A stretch of DNA of 64,000 nt. Source: Amphiscolops sp. MND2022 (lineage: Eukaryota). Below are positions 48,701 to 62,887 of this stretch, piece by piece. A program made the translations under genes and the position numbers. The stretch covers positions 88,228,001 through 88,292,000 of the forward strand of contig OZ076409.1 of NCBI GenBank assembly GCA_964187785.1, written 5' to 3'. Numbering within the stretch: position 1 is the stretch's first letter; each line of letters opens with the position of its first letter. The notes under the pieces were generated by a model, which did no database searches, was not told the origin of the DNA, and worked only from the letters and a program-made list of their open reading frames with translations.

Positions 48701-51700
48701 CATGCAAGATCTTGCAGATGTCGAAAAAGAGATGAACATGGTTTGTATAATCAAACTTTGTTGAGTTGTTTATGAAATAGCGTCAATAGTAGAGCCTGGA
48801 CCAGTTACGATTTCCACTTAACCGATTAATCGTTAAAAGGAGTAGAAAATCTCCCCATAGTACTTGCTAAAGGCCTAACAATGGTGAGTTGAGAGAGATT
48901 CGAACCTGAATAATCCGGTTAACCTGAAAAACCTGAAAGTTAACATGTTAACCGATAATCCGATAATGTATCTAAATTACCAAAGAGCGAAATTGAATAA
49001 GGTTGAGTTGTGAAAAAACTGTATCATAAGAATCCAAACAAATTTCCATTGGATTCTAAAGTTCCATGGTTTTGAAACTTGAACGCAGTTCCAAAAGTGG
49101 AGAAAATTAGTTGTGGAGCAGCACTAGTATCAACCCTAATCGAGATTGCTTGAACTTTTTACATGCTGCATGGAAACATGCAGGCTAATAATTTTTTACA
49201 AAACATGGAAATTTCACGGACCATGCATAGAAAAACTTTGTAAAACTTCCCAGCAATTTGTGAAATGCTTAAAGCACTTCCATGCACGATGAAAAACCTT
49301 CCAAGCCGTTTACAGAACTTCTTAAAAAATTAGGAAGCAAGAAAACGAAGGCTCCGGTCGATCTTAAATCTGCAACAACTTTGGAAAACTTATTCAAACA
49401 CTTTCTGTTCATCTTGAAACCTAGTGTACTATATCAAAACGTCAGTCCAATAGGAAAAATCAATTCCATCATCACAAAAACAGACAAACACAAAAAAAAG
49501 ACAGTTCATCAGCATTCAAATTTATTTATTGTAAAATCATACGTAGTTGCTTAGGCCAAAACGAGTTCGTAGTTTCAGAAATCTGCAAAACCAGACCAAT
49601 TTCTACTTCCCATACGACAGCTAGAACTGCGGCCGCCACGTCTTAAGCACTCCAACTGCAAGGAGGATAAGACCAGACAACTACCATGGCATGGTTGGAG
49701 AGTCTGAATAAAAAAGTTTCTAAATCATTCGATACTTTGATACAAAGCGAGACAAAAAGCAAGGTTTTCAAACAATTCAAAGGCATCGGTAGAGGAGGTA
49801 GAGGATTTGATGCCAAACTAGTCTTCGACATTTTCACTAAACATTGCAATCTGCAAATAGTAAAAAAGGTTTCAATAACAATAAAAATGTGTTCGAATGT
49901 TTCAAAAAAAGCCTCGTATGCAAGTTTTTCTGAAATATCCAAAACAGCTTCGTGAAAACGCAAAAAATGTAAAACAATAATCAAAAAGTTCTCTTTATTA
50001 TAGAAATGTTTTGGTTTTTCCAAACCTGAAAAGTGATGAATTTTGCATATTCCAACAGTTTTCATGCAAAAAAGTTTTCCACCGAAAAAAACTACAGTTG
50101 TACGAACTTGTTTGCCACACTGCCATTCCTTGGATATTTGTTCATGTCATTCTGTAGCATCTGTGCTCACAAAATTTGAAGTTTAGCCCGCAAAAACTCA
50201 CAAAATTTCTCGGGTGTTTTTCTTTAATTTCTTTGATGTAGTTAACTATTAATTAACCAGTTAATCGGTTAGCTGGTCAAGACTCTAGTCAATAGTAACT
50301 TACTCTGGCTCTTTTGATTGAATCAAACCCAGCACTGAAAATTCATCAACAATGAAGATGACACAATCTCCAAAGAAAGATTACGGACAAAACGAAGTTA
50401 TTCTAGGAGCCCAACAAATTAATTTAAAAACACTAACGCACACTAAGAGAATCTAAAATCGGAACTATCATGGAAAAGATCGAAGCTTAAGCTTTTTTTC
50501 ACATTTAGGAGAAGCTCTACAATCTGGTCGATCAAATTCTCTGCCTGCGTCCTTCCTACTTGCTCAGTGCGGTCGTTCGAAACTATTCAGATTTCTCCAA
50601 AAAGGGCCACACTGACCGAGACGTGATTTTGCAGATATTCATGAGACTATTTGATGGTTTGCCCATCACCGCAAATGTTTTTGAGAAATCATCAGATAAG
50701 TTTGTTGGTCTCACGCCCTTGTTCTATCTATCTCTTCTATGTCTCAATAAAAACCTGAGGTTAGTTAAGTTAAGTGTTTGCTTCCTCAAAAGCCATTATA
50801 TTTCTTGCTTTCTTGAAAAACTTAGTTTTAGCCTCGGATGTTTTCCTCCCCAGTTGCTGTCATAACTTCCATAACTTCTATAGCTTCACTTGGCCTGGAG
50901 GTTAACGCGAAGTTTCAGGCCTGATGATGAGGTTTGAGTTGGAGTACGTTGTTTGAGTCCTGCACTGAACCAATTTTTAATGCTTGTAAAGGTAGAAGAA
51001 AGGACAAAGCGTCCCGGTAATTATGTTACTTTTTGTATAAAGTTTTTACCCAACACGAAGCTCCTCTTCAATTTTTAGCAGTAACAAAGCGTTTTGCGAT
51101 TATAGAGGCCCCTTTAGAGATTCAGGGGACTGTGTGACTTTCCGAATATTTTTTCCGCAAAATTGTTGGGTTTTGAGGCTTGCTGTTACGAAAACATCGA
51201 TTTCCGAGTCTTTAGGATGACACATTTGGGGAAAAGTAACCTCTGTGTGACTGATGAAAGTTTTCCTAATAACTGTGAAAGATATTTTTTTCAACTCCGT
51301 GCAACTTTTCACCGAAATTTTTTACTTTTCACTGGAGGTTCGCTGTTCTGGTTTTTCATGATTTAAGTTTATAAAAAACGCGTCTTTTGAGCCCTTGGGT
51401 AATTTCGGCACTGTACTGTGCGACTTTTTTCTTGTCGGATATCAATGGAACTATGTTGACCTTGAAAATGACGTCATCAAGACAAACATGAACGATCAAA
51501 TGATGCTGTTCAAAGTACCTGCCAAGTCTAATCTTTTGACGATCCTTTTTGACCTTCAACCATTTGTCGGACCTTTCAGAATAATACGTAACCCACATAT
51601 CACTGACTAGATGTTCACTCTGTTTTTACCTGTTTACAACAACCAGTACACGTTCTAGTGTCACTGTATCCTCTTCGTGCATGAAAACAGCTAGACGTTT

Positions 51701-54700
51701 TTCGTTTCTCAAATACCATAACCAAGATTTGATTTTGACTGCTGAATTGCAAATACATTTTTCTCAATTGGATATCCTTTTTTGTTCTTGTTATTTCGAG
51801 CTATCTCCGAGATTTCTAAACAAAGGTTTTTGAAAAAAAATCACAATATCGGGTGTTTGTGATATTTTCAGCCTTTCTTACCCTGAAAGGGTTCCCTTGG
51901 GAACTTTCTGTTGTAACAGTAAACAAAAAATATCGCTGTGCCAAAGCAAATTTTGTTTTTTTTTTGTTATATAATGTAAGAATCTCGATTCAATGAGTTG
52001 CCATCCATAACGGCTTGCATTGTATCCAATATACGTATACACACGTTAATTTCGCTACTGGTAGAATCTATATTCTTCTGATAAAATCACTCACCGCTTC
52101 GCAAATAGCACGCTGAAAACAACGATAGTTTGCAGCGCATAACTCGAAGTTTTTTTTGGATCAAAGTGGTAGTAAAATTGATGTATTTTAGCTTCAGTTA
52201 AAAATTGTTTGTTAATGAAAACTGCAAAACTTACATGCTTCGAATTGTCGCCAACTTTAGGCTGTTTCTTCTAAGCAGCCTAATAAAAGTAGAAAAAAAC
52301 TAGAAACTATTAACGAATGAATTTTTCCGCAAGAGTTTCAGGAAACTGTTTCAGGAAAATACACTTGTACGGGTTTTAGTTTCGAAGGATTAATTACGAG
52401 TTCAACCTTCTTGTAACGGGTTAAAATTGTCCAACCCAGTAGGCTCCTCGATTTGGAACCCAAATATTATGGATACAACCAACTTGTACGAAACTTGTTT
52501 AAAAGTTTTTGGAATTAATTCTGCGAATTAATTAATTAGTGAAGAACAAAAGGAGAACAAAACTTGGGTTGTCAATACTGTTCAAGCTACAAATTTGAAA
52601 TTTATCTTCCTCATGAGCCTGGATTGTTTGAAAAAAACGCATGCATATCTTGAACTCCAATTTTAAAAGTCATCATCATATTCAATTAATGCTGTAGTGT
52701 CGCAATATGGAAGCGCTTGGACAATCGGAGTTTCGCATGCGCGAAAGGAGGGATAGTTTTGAAGAATTTGATGAAGATGTCTTGTGTGACGTCATGCGCC
52801 CTGAGAACTCGTCGCGTAGTAGAGCTTCATGAATTCTACGAGGACCAACTCATTTCCCTCATTAACCAACTGTCCACTGCTCATTGGTTCAACACAAAAC
52901 TATACATGGTAGTCTGTTGTGACAACAAAATCGGCAAGAATCTCATTTCTATGGCCGAGTATGCTGATTTCAAACGCTTCTTTGCTGAGTCTTCAATCTT
53001 GGGTTAGCGGTGCGATTGAAAAATTCAAGTTCCAAAATTACAGATTCAGCCATCTTTTGAATGAATGTCGGTCAGGACTTGAATAGCCTGGATAACAATT
53101 ATTTCGCAATTGGAAAAGAATCAGATTTATCTTACTACAAAAATTAATGATACTTTTCCAGGAAATTTTTCTAGATAAATTGAATAATTAGTAACATTAA
53201 TTCTCCAAAGACCAAAGGAGTTAGGTAAGAAGTGAAAGTTCATTTAAGGTTCGAAAGTGGCTAAGGGGACTCATACTTTCTCACAGATTGTTAAAACCAA
53301 ACTTTTCGAAACCATTGGTGATAGATTTTCTCTCAACCAAAGAAAAATCAAATAAAATTTTATTGTTTCATTTTTCAGATCTCATCAGATCAGCTTGGAC
53401 CGGAAAAATGGCAAACTTTGTGGGGAACTTTCCGGTTTTTATGGCAGCTCTATTTCCACTTGCGGTACCTTTTCTTCCCTTCGATCAGGAATTCCACGCT
53501 ATCCGATCCCTCAACCTCCCAACAACGCGTGGCTGTCAAGAAAAACTAGCTACTACAGAGGGGTATCAATTCATGTCCATTTCGGCGAAATATAATGAGT
53601 TCTACAGGGCTCCTATCACGAAATTTTGGCTCAACTGCATTACTCGTTGCGTGTTGCTGATTCTCTTTGCTGCTTTCATGCTCACTGGATACAAAACTGA
53701 CGAACCTGAAATTCTGGAATCGATTGTGGCAATTTACGTCTTTTCTGTATGCCTTGAAGACGTTATACAGTTGTTCAAAGGAGGTTCTACAATGGGCAAC
53801 ACTCTTTCCTTGATTTTCGATTCCATGGATCTCCTCGCTTTGGTTTTGTTTTTTGCCGGTTTCGCCGCAAGAAGCACTAAATCCATTTTCAACCTCAATG
53901 AAGGCAACACCACTCAGTTCGCGGATGTTTTCTACGTTACGTGTTTGGTTTTTAGTTTCATCAAACTGCAATGGCACATGCTGATAATTCCATCAATTGG
54001 GCCTTACATTATAATCTTGAATTTCATGCTTGCAGACATGACAGCCTTCGCTTTCATATTGATCACGATAATGTTAGGGTACTCTGTTGGGGTCCAAGCA
54101 CTGATTTCTCCCGAGGAGAACAGTTTTTGGGACGAAATCAGGGTGTCCATTCTGAAACCCATCATCACAACCCAAGGAATAACCCTGTTTTTCGAAGACA
54201 TCAACGAACGGTTCAATTGCACCACGCCCGGGTTGAATTCAAATGATGTTTTTAGGTTGGGTTCTATTTTCCCACTGTTCTATTCCACTTTTAGGGTTAA
54301 AAAAACGAAAATTACTACAACAAGTTTGTAATCTAGAACAACTGTTCTATAATAACTATCGGATAAATAAACCTAATATGTATTTGGTTCATTCAAGCTT
54401 TTTTACCAACAACTTGCTAATAGGCTAGACCAAAACTCGGTAGAGGTTAAGACAGATGAACCGTATAACACCCACCACCTTCGATTACTAGTTTCTAAAG
54501 TCATTGAACTCATTTTGGAAAGATCTTGATTTAGAGAAAAACAATGACTAAAAATTCTGAAATTACGTTGCCTGAAATACTCAGTTGATCAAAAGTTGTA
54601 CATGGGTGATCAAAAGTGATGTGTTGACATGTGTCTTTCAGTACATGTGAGCCGTTCGACATTCGTCCATACTTCATGGTACTGCTTGTGTTCACGTTCT

Positions 54701-57700
54701 ACGTGCTTACTGGTCTGGTTCTGGTCAACCTCCTCATTGCCATGTTCAGTGACACCTACTCCAGGGTGCGAGAGAACACTTCTCTGCATTGGAACTTCAT
54801 TTTTTATCGCATCACAAGTGACTTCACTAGTAAGTGTTCATGTGCTTCTTCACTGACTGATTTTCGCCAAATAATTGTCCCAAAAACCGCAGAAAAATGA
54901 AATCAACAGTTCTACTGTATAATCTTGTATAACAAAATTTTCAGGTTTCACAAACTGGGCACTAATACTATTAATATTCTTGAAAAGAAATTTCGCAGCG
55001 CTGAATAGTAATGTCTACCATGAATGGTTAAGCAAGAAAGCAAGAAAGAAAGACAGTTCATTCTTTTGGATATAAAAACAAGACGCCCGCTGAGCAGCGA
55101 GAAATTTTCCGCCCCAAACTGTTCTACAACTAAGTAAATTTGAGGCTCAAGAATAGCCAATGCGCTATAAAAACGCAAAGAAGTTCGAAGAAAGGAAACC
55201 TTTGATTCCTCGCAGCCCATTTCAAAGGAAACCCCTAATTTACAATTTCTGCGATACCTGTCCACTTTTCCTTTTTTCGGCACTGAGCGACTTACCGAGA
55301 AAAGAGAAAATTTTCAATAAATTTTTTGAAAAAAGTTTCGAAAGACATATTCCGCAATTTTAATTTTTGAGGTTTTCTGTAAAGGAAATAGGTTTCCCGA
55401 GTCTTGAGAGTGACTTGTTTGTTACTTTTGATCACATGGAACTGACGATGTTTCTTCTTTCTTCTTGATTGCGAAATCTACCTCATTTCAGTTTTTTCGA
55501 CTCTGTGCGTCTTTCCGAAACTTTCATTTGTTCAAAGAGTACCCCCTTGTTTTCATAGCTGAATGCGGCTTGAGAAAAGTAGTTTTCCGAGCTGAAACTC
55601 GTTTCGCCATCATCGAACTTTACCGGAAAAATAAAAAAATGGATTTCTTGTGATACCTGTTGGGCAAAAAGTAGTTTCCTAGACTCAGGCGTACTTCTGG
55701 AGATAGTTTTTGGCACTGAGAAAAAGTAAACGCTTGAAACTAGGTCCTTCGCAATTTTAGGAAAACTGAGCGATCCCTGTTTGTTAAATTATCGCGCATA
55801 TTTTCACCAGAAATGTCAAATGTTGGAAATAGTTTTGACAACGTTGTAGTCAATGTGAGGAACTTTTTTAACAAAAATATATTGATGTCTCTTTAAAATT
55901 AAGCCTACTGGACACCGAAATTAGCTGTTGTTGAATATTTACATCACTCTAACCCACAACGTAGCTCGAAACATCTTCCTTTGGAAGGTGTACTCCATAT
56001 CTAGTGATTTAGCTCGGAGGTTTTTGAATATTAAATATTGGACAAATGAGGTCGAAATTTACGTTTTCAAGTAAAGTTTTCAAAAGTTGGGCCAATAAAC
56101 TTGTCTTATTCTTTCGAAACACTACCGGTAGCTACAAGTTTCGATCCTGAGCCTAGGGTATTTCTGATTGAGATAAATTTTCGGAAAGGATCCAAAATTG
56201 GTACTATAATGTCGAAAATAAAAAAAAGTTTGGAAACTCTGACACCTTTGTTGTAAACTAGATGAACTTCATCCCATTTTTACCCAATTGCGTTTTGAAT
56301 ACCTCATTGTTTCAACGCTTAGGTCATTGGAACTACTATTCTTCAAAAACGTTCGTGGTTTGAACAAAAACTGGGATTAGTTTGTTTTGTGGTGCTTCTT
56401 TGTTGTTTCATGATTTTTGGGTGTTTTGGAGGCCAATTTCAACAAAAAAAATGCAGTTTCCTCTTCAAATGAAAATTGCCGACTGGAGATATCCGGATTA
56501 GTCATCGCTGAGTTTTTCAAACCATTTTAGGCAAGGAAGCTCAAAAATGACTCAAAAAGTACATAAGTTGCACAAAAACGAAGGTATTGAAATTTTTCTT
56601 CTCCTTTGGAGTCATTCTGAAGTGTTTCTGAAGCAAAATGTTGCAAATTTTTTGTCATAAAATGTGCTACAATGCTCGTTCTTTCGTTGTTGAGTTGATT
56701 GTATTGGAACTTAGAACGCAATCTTTCCGAAAATGAACAGAAATTGCATCAAAATCGACAAAAACTTCAAAACTTTTGACAATTCAGGTCACTTTGATGC
56801 ATTTTCTCATAGATTGATTATCTCGTGACGGAAGCTCACCGAAGCAACAACTCGGCCCATGTTTTAGGCGTTTTAACATTCTAGTTCACGAAGTCTATCG
56901 ATATTCTTACGAAAATGGAAAAAAATAGTGAAAATCGGAAACATGTCGAAATTTGGTCTTTTTCGATGTCAATTAAGGACCGTTTTCGTTTGAAAAACTG
57001 CATTTTTTTTCTACGCATACTGGACAGCATATTTTTTTTGATGACTCTTTTCAACGTTCCAATTGACAAAGTCTGTCAAAAAAAAACATAATTTTTTTTT
57101 GAAAATTAGAAGTTTTGGAGATTTTTGTCATTTTCGGTGTCAATTTGAGACCTTTTCCTTCAAAACACTGCAATTATCTTTTCATAAAAGACAACTGGAC
57201 AACCAACTATTTCCTTGGTGACCCTTTAAAACGTTCCAATCCACGAAGTCTGTCGAAATTTCAACAAAAAATGCGTAAAAACGTTGGAAAATGGAAAATT
57301 TTGGGATTTTTGTCATTTTCGATGTCAATTTGAAATTTTTTCATTTGAAAAACAGCCATTATCTCTTCGGAGAAGCCCACTGGACAACAAAGTAGTGCCA
57401 TGTTGAGCGTTTTCAACATTCTAATCAAAGAAGTCTATCGAAAATTGCAAAAAATGGTAAAAATTGGATTTTTTTCAGTTTTTCGTCATTCTTGTGTCTT
57501 TTCCTTTCCAAAAAACAGCATTTATCTCTTCATAAACGACTACTTGACAACGGATTATTGCTTTGTTGAACTTTTTCATTATTCTAATTCACGACATATA
57601 TTGAAAATTTGACAAAGTTTGCATTAAAACGTAAAAGATTTGAACTTTTGCAAATTTCATCGTTTTTGGGGTAATTTTGGGTCATTCTGGGGTCCTTGGC

Positions 57701-58209
57701 GTCAACTAAAAAAGTCCAGAAAACTCCACAAATACAAATTGCACGAAGCAAAATTTACATGAGTTGAATTCTATGGGTAACATCCTTAAAGTTAAATATA
57801 AATTTGGTGCTTGGCAAATTTTGTAAAAAAAACCCGTTTGATTTAAATATTTTCCTTTCCCATATGAAATATGGGCGGAAAATAACAAAAAACTAGCTTT
57901 TTTCATAATTTGTCTATAATACCCAATAACGACGGGCAAGGAGCGCAATTGCTCTTCGAGCCCCCACCCCAGATGGTAAGACTGTGCCTACTTGTGTTTT
58001 TCCCAGGTCGGCCGGCGCTGCCTTGTCCTCTATCTCTGATTACCCGTTTCTACCAGCTAATCAGGTCCATTGGGCGACACATGTCAGACTTTAAGCACAA
58101 AGGCAAACCCAAAACAGGATCTGAGTCCGGCAAATTCACCGAAAATCTTCACTTCTGGGCGCAATTTGTGGAGAATGAATACATCGTAGAAAACTTCTTC
58201 TCCGAATGA
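45733..58209 (+). CDS. Divergent TRPM-like cation channel; exons ~45733-45978, 46346-46622, 48415-48740, 50509-50759, 52698-53002, 53379-54255, 54642-54829, 58007-58209 (5' end unresolved)
   Basis: All seven junctions are GT-AG and phase-compatible. TRPM signatures: LIEWGR, EKLYN, SAWTG, FYRAPITKFW, IGPYIIIL..M, VLVNLLIAMFSDTY, TRP helix W, RPALPCPL and FVENEY; six hydrophobic segments. Confidence 0.85.
46701..46987 (+). mobile_element. Short complete HINE/DINE-1-like element in a TRPM intron
   Basis: tttttAGTCGGCAC..GTGCCCGACT 5' hairpin, 3' subTIR GCGCCGACT, stem-loop gggccgttccc, terminal CTTGTT in a T-rich site. Confidence 0.7.
49134..49530 (+). repeat. Third copy of the CCCTA(G/A)TCGA-terminus repeat family
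   Basis: Aligns by eye with 2906-3320. Confidence 0.5.
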
Positions 58210-58558
58210 TCCAGAACCAAGCCGGATATAGCATATGTCAGCGCATATCATAATGCACATTTGAATACATTCACTGCTGTATTGGAAAACATCCCAAATC
58301 TCGGATGATCTCACTTGCAAAAGTGGCTTTCACTAAATTTTCTTTGGATATAGATGTTTTTATATGCATGTAATGCACGAAAGATACAAAAATATTTCAC
58401 AAATGTTCCCTGCATCTAAAGCACCCAGACCCACATTCTTCAGAAATTTTAAACATAAATCAAAGAGACCACTGCTTGTGCTTCAAAATTTTTAATACTA
58501 ACTTGAGCGTTTTAAAATTTACTTTGGGTGAGTTTCCCAAAAACGGCCATGAAGTTGT

Positions 58559-58758
58559 NNNNNNNNNNNNNNNNNNNNNNNNNNNNNNNNNNNNNNNNNN
58601 NNNNNNNNNNNNNNNNNNNNNNNNNNNNNNNNNNNNNNNNNNNNNNNNNNNNNNNNNNNNNNNNNNNNNNNNNNNNNNNNNNNNNNNNNNNNNNNNNNNN
58701 NNNNNNNNNNNNNNNNNNNNNNNNNNNNNNNNNNNNNNNNNNNNNNNNNNNNNNNNNN
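58559..58758. other. Assembly gap (200 N)
   Basis: Run of N. Confidence 1.
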
Positions 58759-58819
58759 TCAAATTCGATCTTTTTGAAAACATGGCTGCTATAATCAAAT
58801 CTAAAGAAATACCAGTGAA

Positions 58820-60840
58820 ATCGTCAATAAAGGACCTTCAGAAGACCTTCGAAATCAAAGATCATTCAAAGACTTTCGGAAGATCTTCGATATCAAAAAC
58901 CATTCAAGTTCCTGCGAAAGATCTTCGAAATCAAATTTCATTCAAAGATGATTGAAAGATCTTCTAGATCAAAGTTCATTCAAGGAACTCCCGACGTTCT
59001 TCAAGATCGAAGATCATTCATGTTCTTGGGAAGATTTTTGAGGTCAAAGATAATTTCAAAGATTTTCGAAAACTCTTCAAGATCAAATATCATTCGAGGA
59101 TCTTTCGATAATCGACATCGAAGATCATTCAAGGACCTTCTGAAGATCTTTGATATCAAAGATCATTCAAGGATCATGGGAAGAGGTCAAAAATAATTTA
59201 AAGATTTTTTAAAACTCTTCGAGATCAAATATCTTTCGAGGATTTTTAGATAATCGAGATCGAAGATCATTCAAGGACCTTCTGAAGATCTTTGACTTTG
59301 ATATCAAAAAACATTCAAGGATCTTCGGAAGATCCCTCGCGACCGAAGGTCATTCAAGAATCTTCGGAAAATCTTCGAGATCAAATGTCATTCAAGGAAC
59401 TCCCGACGTTCTTCATGATCGAAGATCATTCAAGGATCTTGGGAAGATTTTTGAGGTCAAAGATAACTGAAAGATTTTGGGAAACGCTTCAAGATCAAAT
59501 ATCGTTCCAGGATATTTAGATAATCAAGATCGGAGATCATTCAAGGTTTTTCTGAAAATCTTTGATATCAAAGAACATTCAAGGATCTTCGGAGGATCTT
59601 CGAGATCAAAGGTCATTCAAGGAACCCCCGACGTTCTTCATGATCGAAGATCATTCGAAGACCTTCTGAAGGTCTTTGATATCAAAAAACATTCGAGGAT
59701 CTTCGGAAGATCTTTGAGATCAAATATTATTCAAGGATCTTTGAGATTGAAGATCAATCAAGGACCATCGGAAGATTTTCGAGATCAAAGATCATTCAAG
59801 GACCTCTGAAGGTCTTTGATATCAAAGAACATTCGAAGATCTTCGGAAGATTTTCGAAGTCAAAGATCTTCCAAAAAATTTCGATATATTTCCGAGATCA
59901 AACAACATTCGAGGAGCTTTGAAAATCGAGATCGAAGATCATTCAAGGACCTTCACAAGATGTTCGAGATCAAATATTTTCCAAGGATCTTCGAGATTAA
60001 AGATCAAGGACCATCGGAAGATCTTCCGTGTCTTCGGAAGATCTTCCATATCACAGATCAGTCAAGGATCTGCGGAAGATCTTCGATATCAAAGGTCTTT
60101 CAAGGACATCCCGAAGTTGTTCATGATCTAAGATCATTCAAGATATTTGGAAGATTTTTGAAGTCAAAGATTTTTCAAAGATTTTCGGAAGATCTTCGAG
60201 ATCAAACATCATTCGAGGAGCTTTGGATAATAGAGATTGAAGATCTTTCAAGGGCCTTCCCAAGATCTTCGAGATCAAATACTAGTCAAGGATCTTCGAG
60301 ATTAAAGATCAATCAAGGTCCTTCGGAAGATATTCCCGATCCAAGATCATTCAAGGACGTCTAAAGGACTTTGATATCAAAGAACATTTGAGGATCTTCG
60401 GAAGATTTTTGAGATCAAATATTATTCAAGGATTTTTGCGATTGAAGATCAATCAAGGACCATCGGAATATCTTCGAGATGGATGATCCTCCAAAGGCCT
60501 TCGGAACATCTTCGAGATCAAAGGTCACTCGAGGATGTTCGGAAGTTCTTCGAGATCAAAGGTCTTTCAGGGATCCTCGAAGGATCTTTGCCAACAACGA
60601 TCATTCGAGGATCTTCGGAAGAGCTTCCAGTTCAAAGGTCGTCCAAGGACCTTCGGAAGATCTTCGAGATGGAAGCCCATTCAAGGATCTTTGCAAGATC
60701 GTTGAGATCAAAGATTATTCAAGGGTCTTCGGAAGATATCGAAGGGCATTCAAGGATCTTCGGAAAATCTTTGAGATCAAAGATCGTTCAAGGACCTTCG
60801 GAATATCTTCGATATCAAATATTATTTAGGGATCTTTTTG
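58820..60840. repeat. Second array of the ~38-bp GAAGATCTTC satellite
   Basis: Same unit as 42250-43995. Confidence 0.9.
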
Positions 60841-61445
60841 TAACAGTTTACCGCAAAACACAAGATGTTACTTCACAAGAGCAATTTTGCTGTCCTTTGG
60901 ACATAGAGGTTTACTACTGAAAGATAATTTCGTTAGAAATAACAAACAAGACGGGAACGGCCCAAGTCAACGCCATATATACGGCTCAACAATAGTAGAA
61001 GGACTTCAAAGTGTCAAGTATTCTCTTCTACAGTACCCGCGTGAGGAAAAAATGAAAAAAAACCATAATTTTTTTGAAAAATTTTTTTGAATTTTTTTTG
61101 GTCTCCGGTAAGTCGCACAGTGCCGAAAAATATGATAGGCCCTTTGGGAGTTTTGAACATCCATTCTTTTGCAAAATAGAAAAAACAGAAGGGGGGACCC
61201 TTAGGGCACATTTAAAAAATTTTCGCAAAAAAGGACTCACAAAGCCGAAAACTGCACAAAAAATCTTTGGTCATGGGCGGGACTGTAACCCGTCCTTCTG
61301 CTTGGCAGACCTCAAAAAATCCTCCAGAAAAAATTAGAAGCAAAAGAAGCCACATTAGTGTGGCAGTTAGTGAAAGCCAGCCTATAAAGCTTATAAAATC
61401 TGTCACTTCGTTGGCCTTACAAAAAAAAGAAAAATAAATTACTAC

Positions 61446-62887
61446 TGTCACAACCCCACAGTTGTGCTGGAGCTGTCGGGCAACAAACCTAAACGAGAAC
61501 AGTTAGACATGTTCAAGGGAAGGAACAAACAACCCAATGACCTGAAACTTAAAACATTCCCAACTTTCTCTTCTTTTGTTTTATGTTGCGTTAATTTTCA
61601 GTTCGTAATTTGGAATTGTCATGTAAACTCTTTAGTCTTTTTACTTTAATTGTTACAGTTTAACAAGTGCCTAAACATTGATGCTTTCATCTTTTGTTAA
61701 CATGAATGTTCATATACAATCTCAAACTTTGGATTTAGAATGGTTTGATGCTACTTCTGAACCAATATTGTCAACAGATTGTCAATAACACGTTGCTATG
61801 TGAGTTTAGTGCTGATGAGTATACGTTATCATGCGGTAATCCGGGTGACGTGGATGCGTCATCCTGCGGACTTGTGCTTATAACATGTACTTTTGGTGCT
61901 TTTATTAAGAGTTGATGATACGTCCCTATGCGGGAAACTGGATGACGTATATGCGGCATCCTACAGTTTTCCAGGGACTCGTTGCTTTGGTACAGTTAGA
62001 TTATTGGAAGTCATGCAATCACTGTTTGTAAGTTATAAATACAATTACGTCACCCTGACGTTAGTTTAGTTATAGCATTTTTGAATAACTAACAACCCTA
62101 AAATTGAGTGTCATGCTTTATGATGTTTCATTTGTAAAAAGTGCGGTATACTTCAGTTGAAATATAACTGGTAGCAAAGACAGTTGCTTCAAAACAGTGA
62201 ACCCAAACAATGTAAAAGCAGTTTCCTTGATAACGCTTTGTTTCACCCGAATTGTTTTCACAACATTGACGAATAAATTCAAATTCTTTTGCACTTCAAC
62301 CCAATTTTCCTCTTGAGCAAGATGGGAAATAGAAGAAAGGTCCAGAAGGTTAGAGACTCCGTCCCCGGAGAGAGAAACAAGCGAAGTACGCGTAGGAACC
62401 CCAAGTCAAGATTATGAAACTTTAACTAATGTTAATTTGCAAAGTCAAGAAAATTTAGGTGAAACTGACTTGAGACCCAGACTAGTTGAACCCAGCCAAG
62501 TCAGTAAAGAAATTCAAGTTTGGACCGAAATTTTCGAACAGAAAAACAACGATAAAATTACTAAGATGAGAGAAGAAATGGAGAACAAACTAGATGCGAT
62601 TCTGTTGGAGGTAAAAAGTAGTAAAAACACATCTATGACAACCAATCCTAGATCTGAAATAAACGAAATAGGAAACATGCAACCATCGGAATCCGGGGGT
62701 AAAAGGTCTATGGGAGTAAACGCATCTGATAATGAAAGTCGGATAAAACGAAGATATCCCTCTCAAAGGGGATGTCCCTCTCGAAATGAGAGATTAAGGC
62801 ATCCCGCTAAACCTATAAACCAAAATGATACAACATTAGATGCAACAGTTATCTTTAACGGAGAATCCGATGAGGAGGATTACCACA
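61446..62887 (+). mobile_element. Solo-LTR-like insertion (TG..CA, 5-bp TSD ACTAC) containing a gag-like ORF that runs to its 3' end
   Basis: ACTAC at 61441-61445 and 62888-62892; the empty site is visible in the paralogous copy at ~44586; ORF from ATG 62322 (one early frameshift) to ..ESDEEDYH at 62887. Confidence 0.8.

Noticed and set aside
53288..54331. 347-aa ORF as a stand-alone gene
   Set aside because: It is one large internal exon (53379-54255) of the TRPM-like gene with intronic read-through at both ends.
58460..58955. ORFs spanning poly-X
   Set aside because: Artefacts of the N gap.
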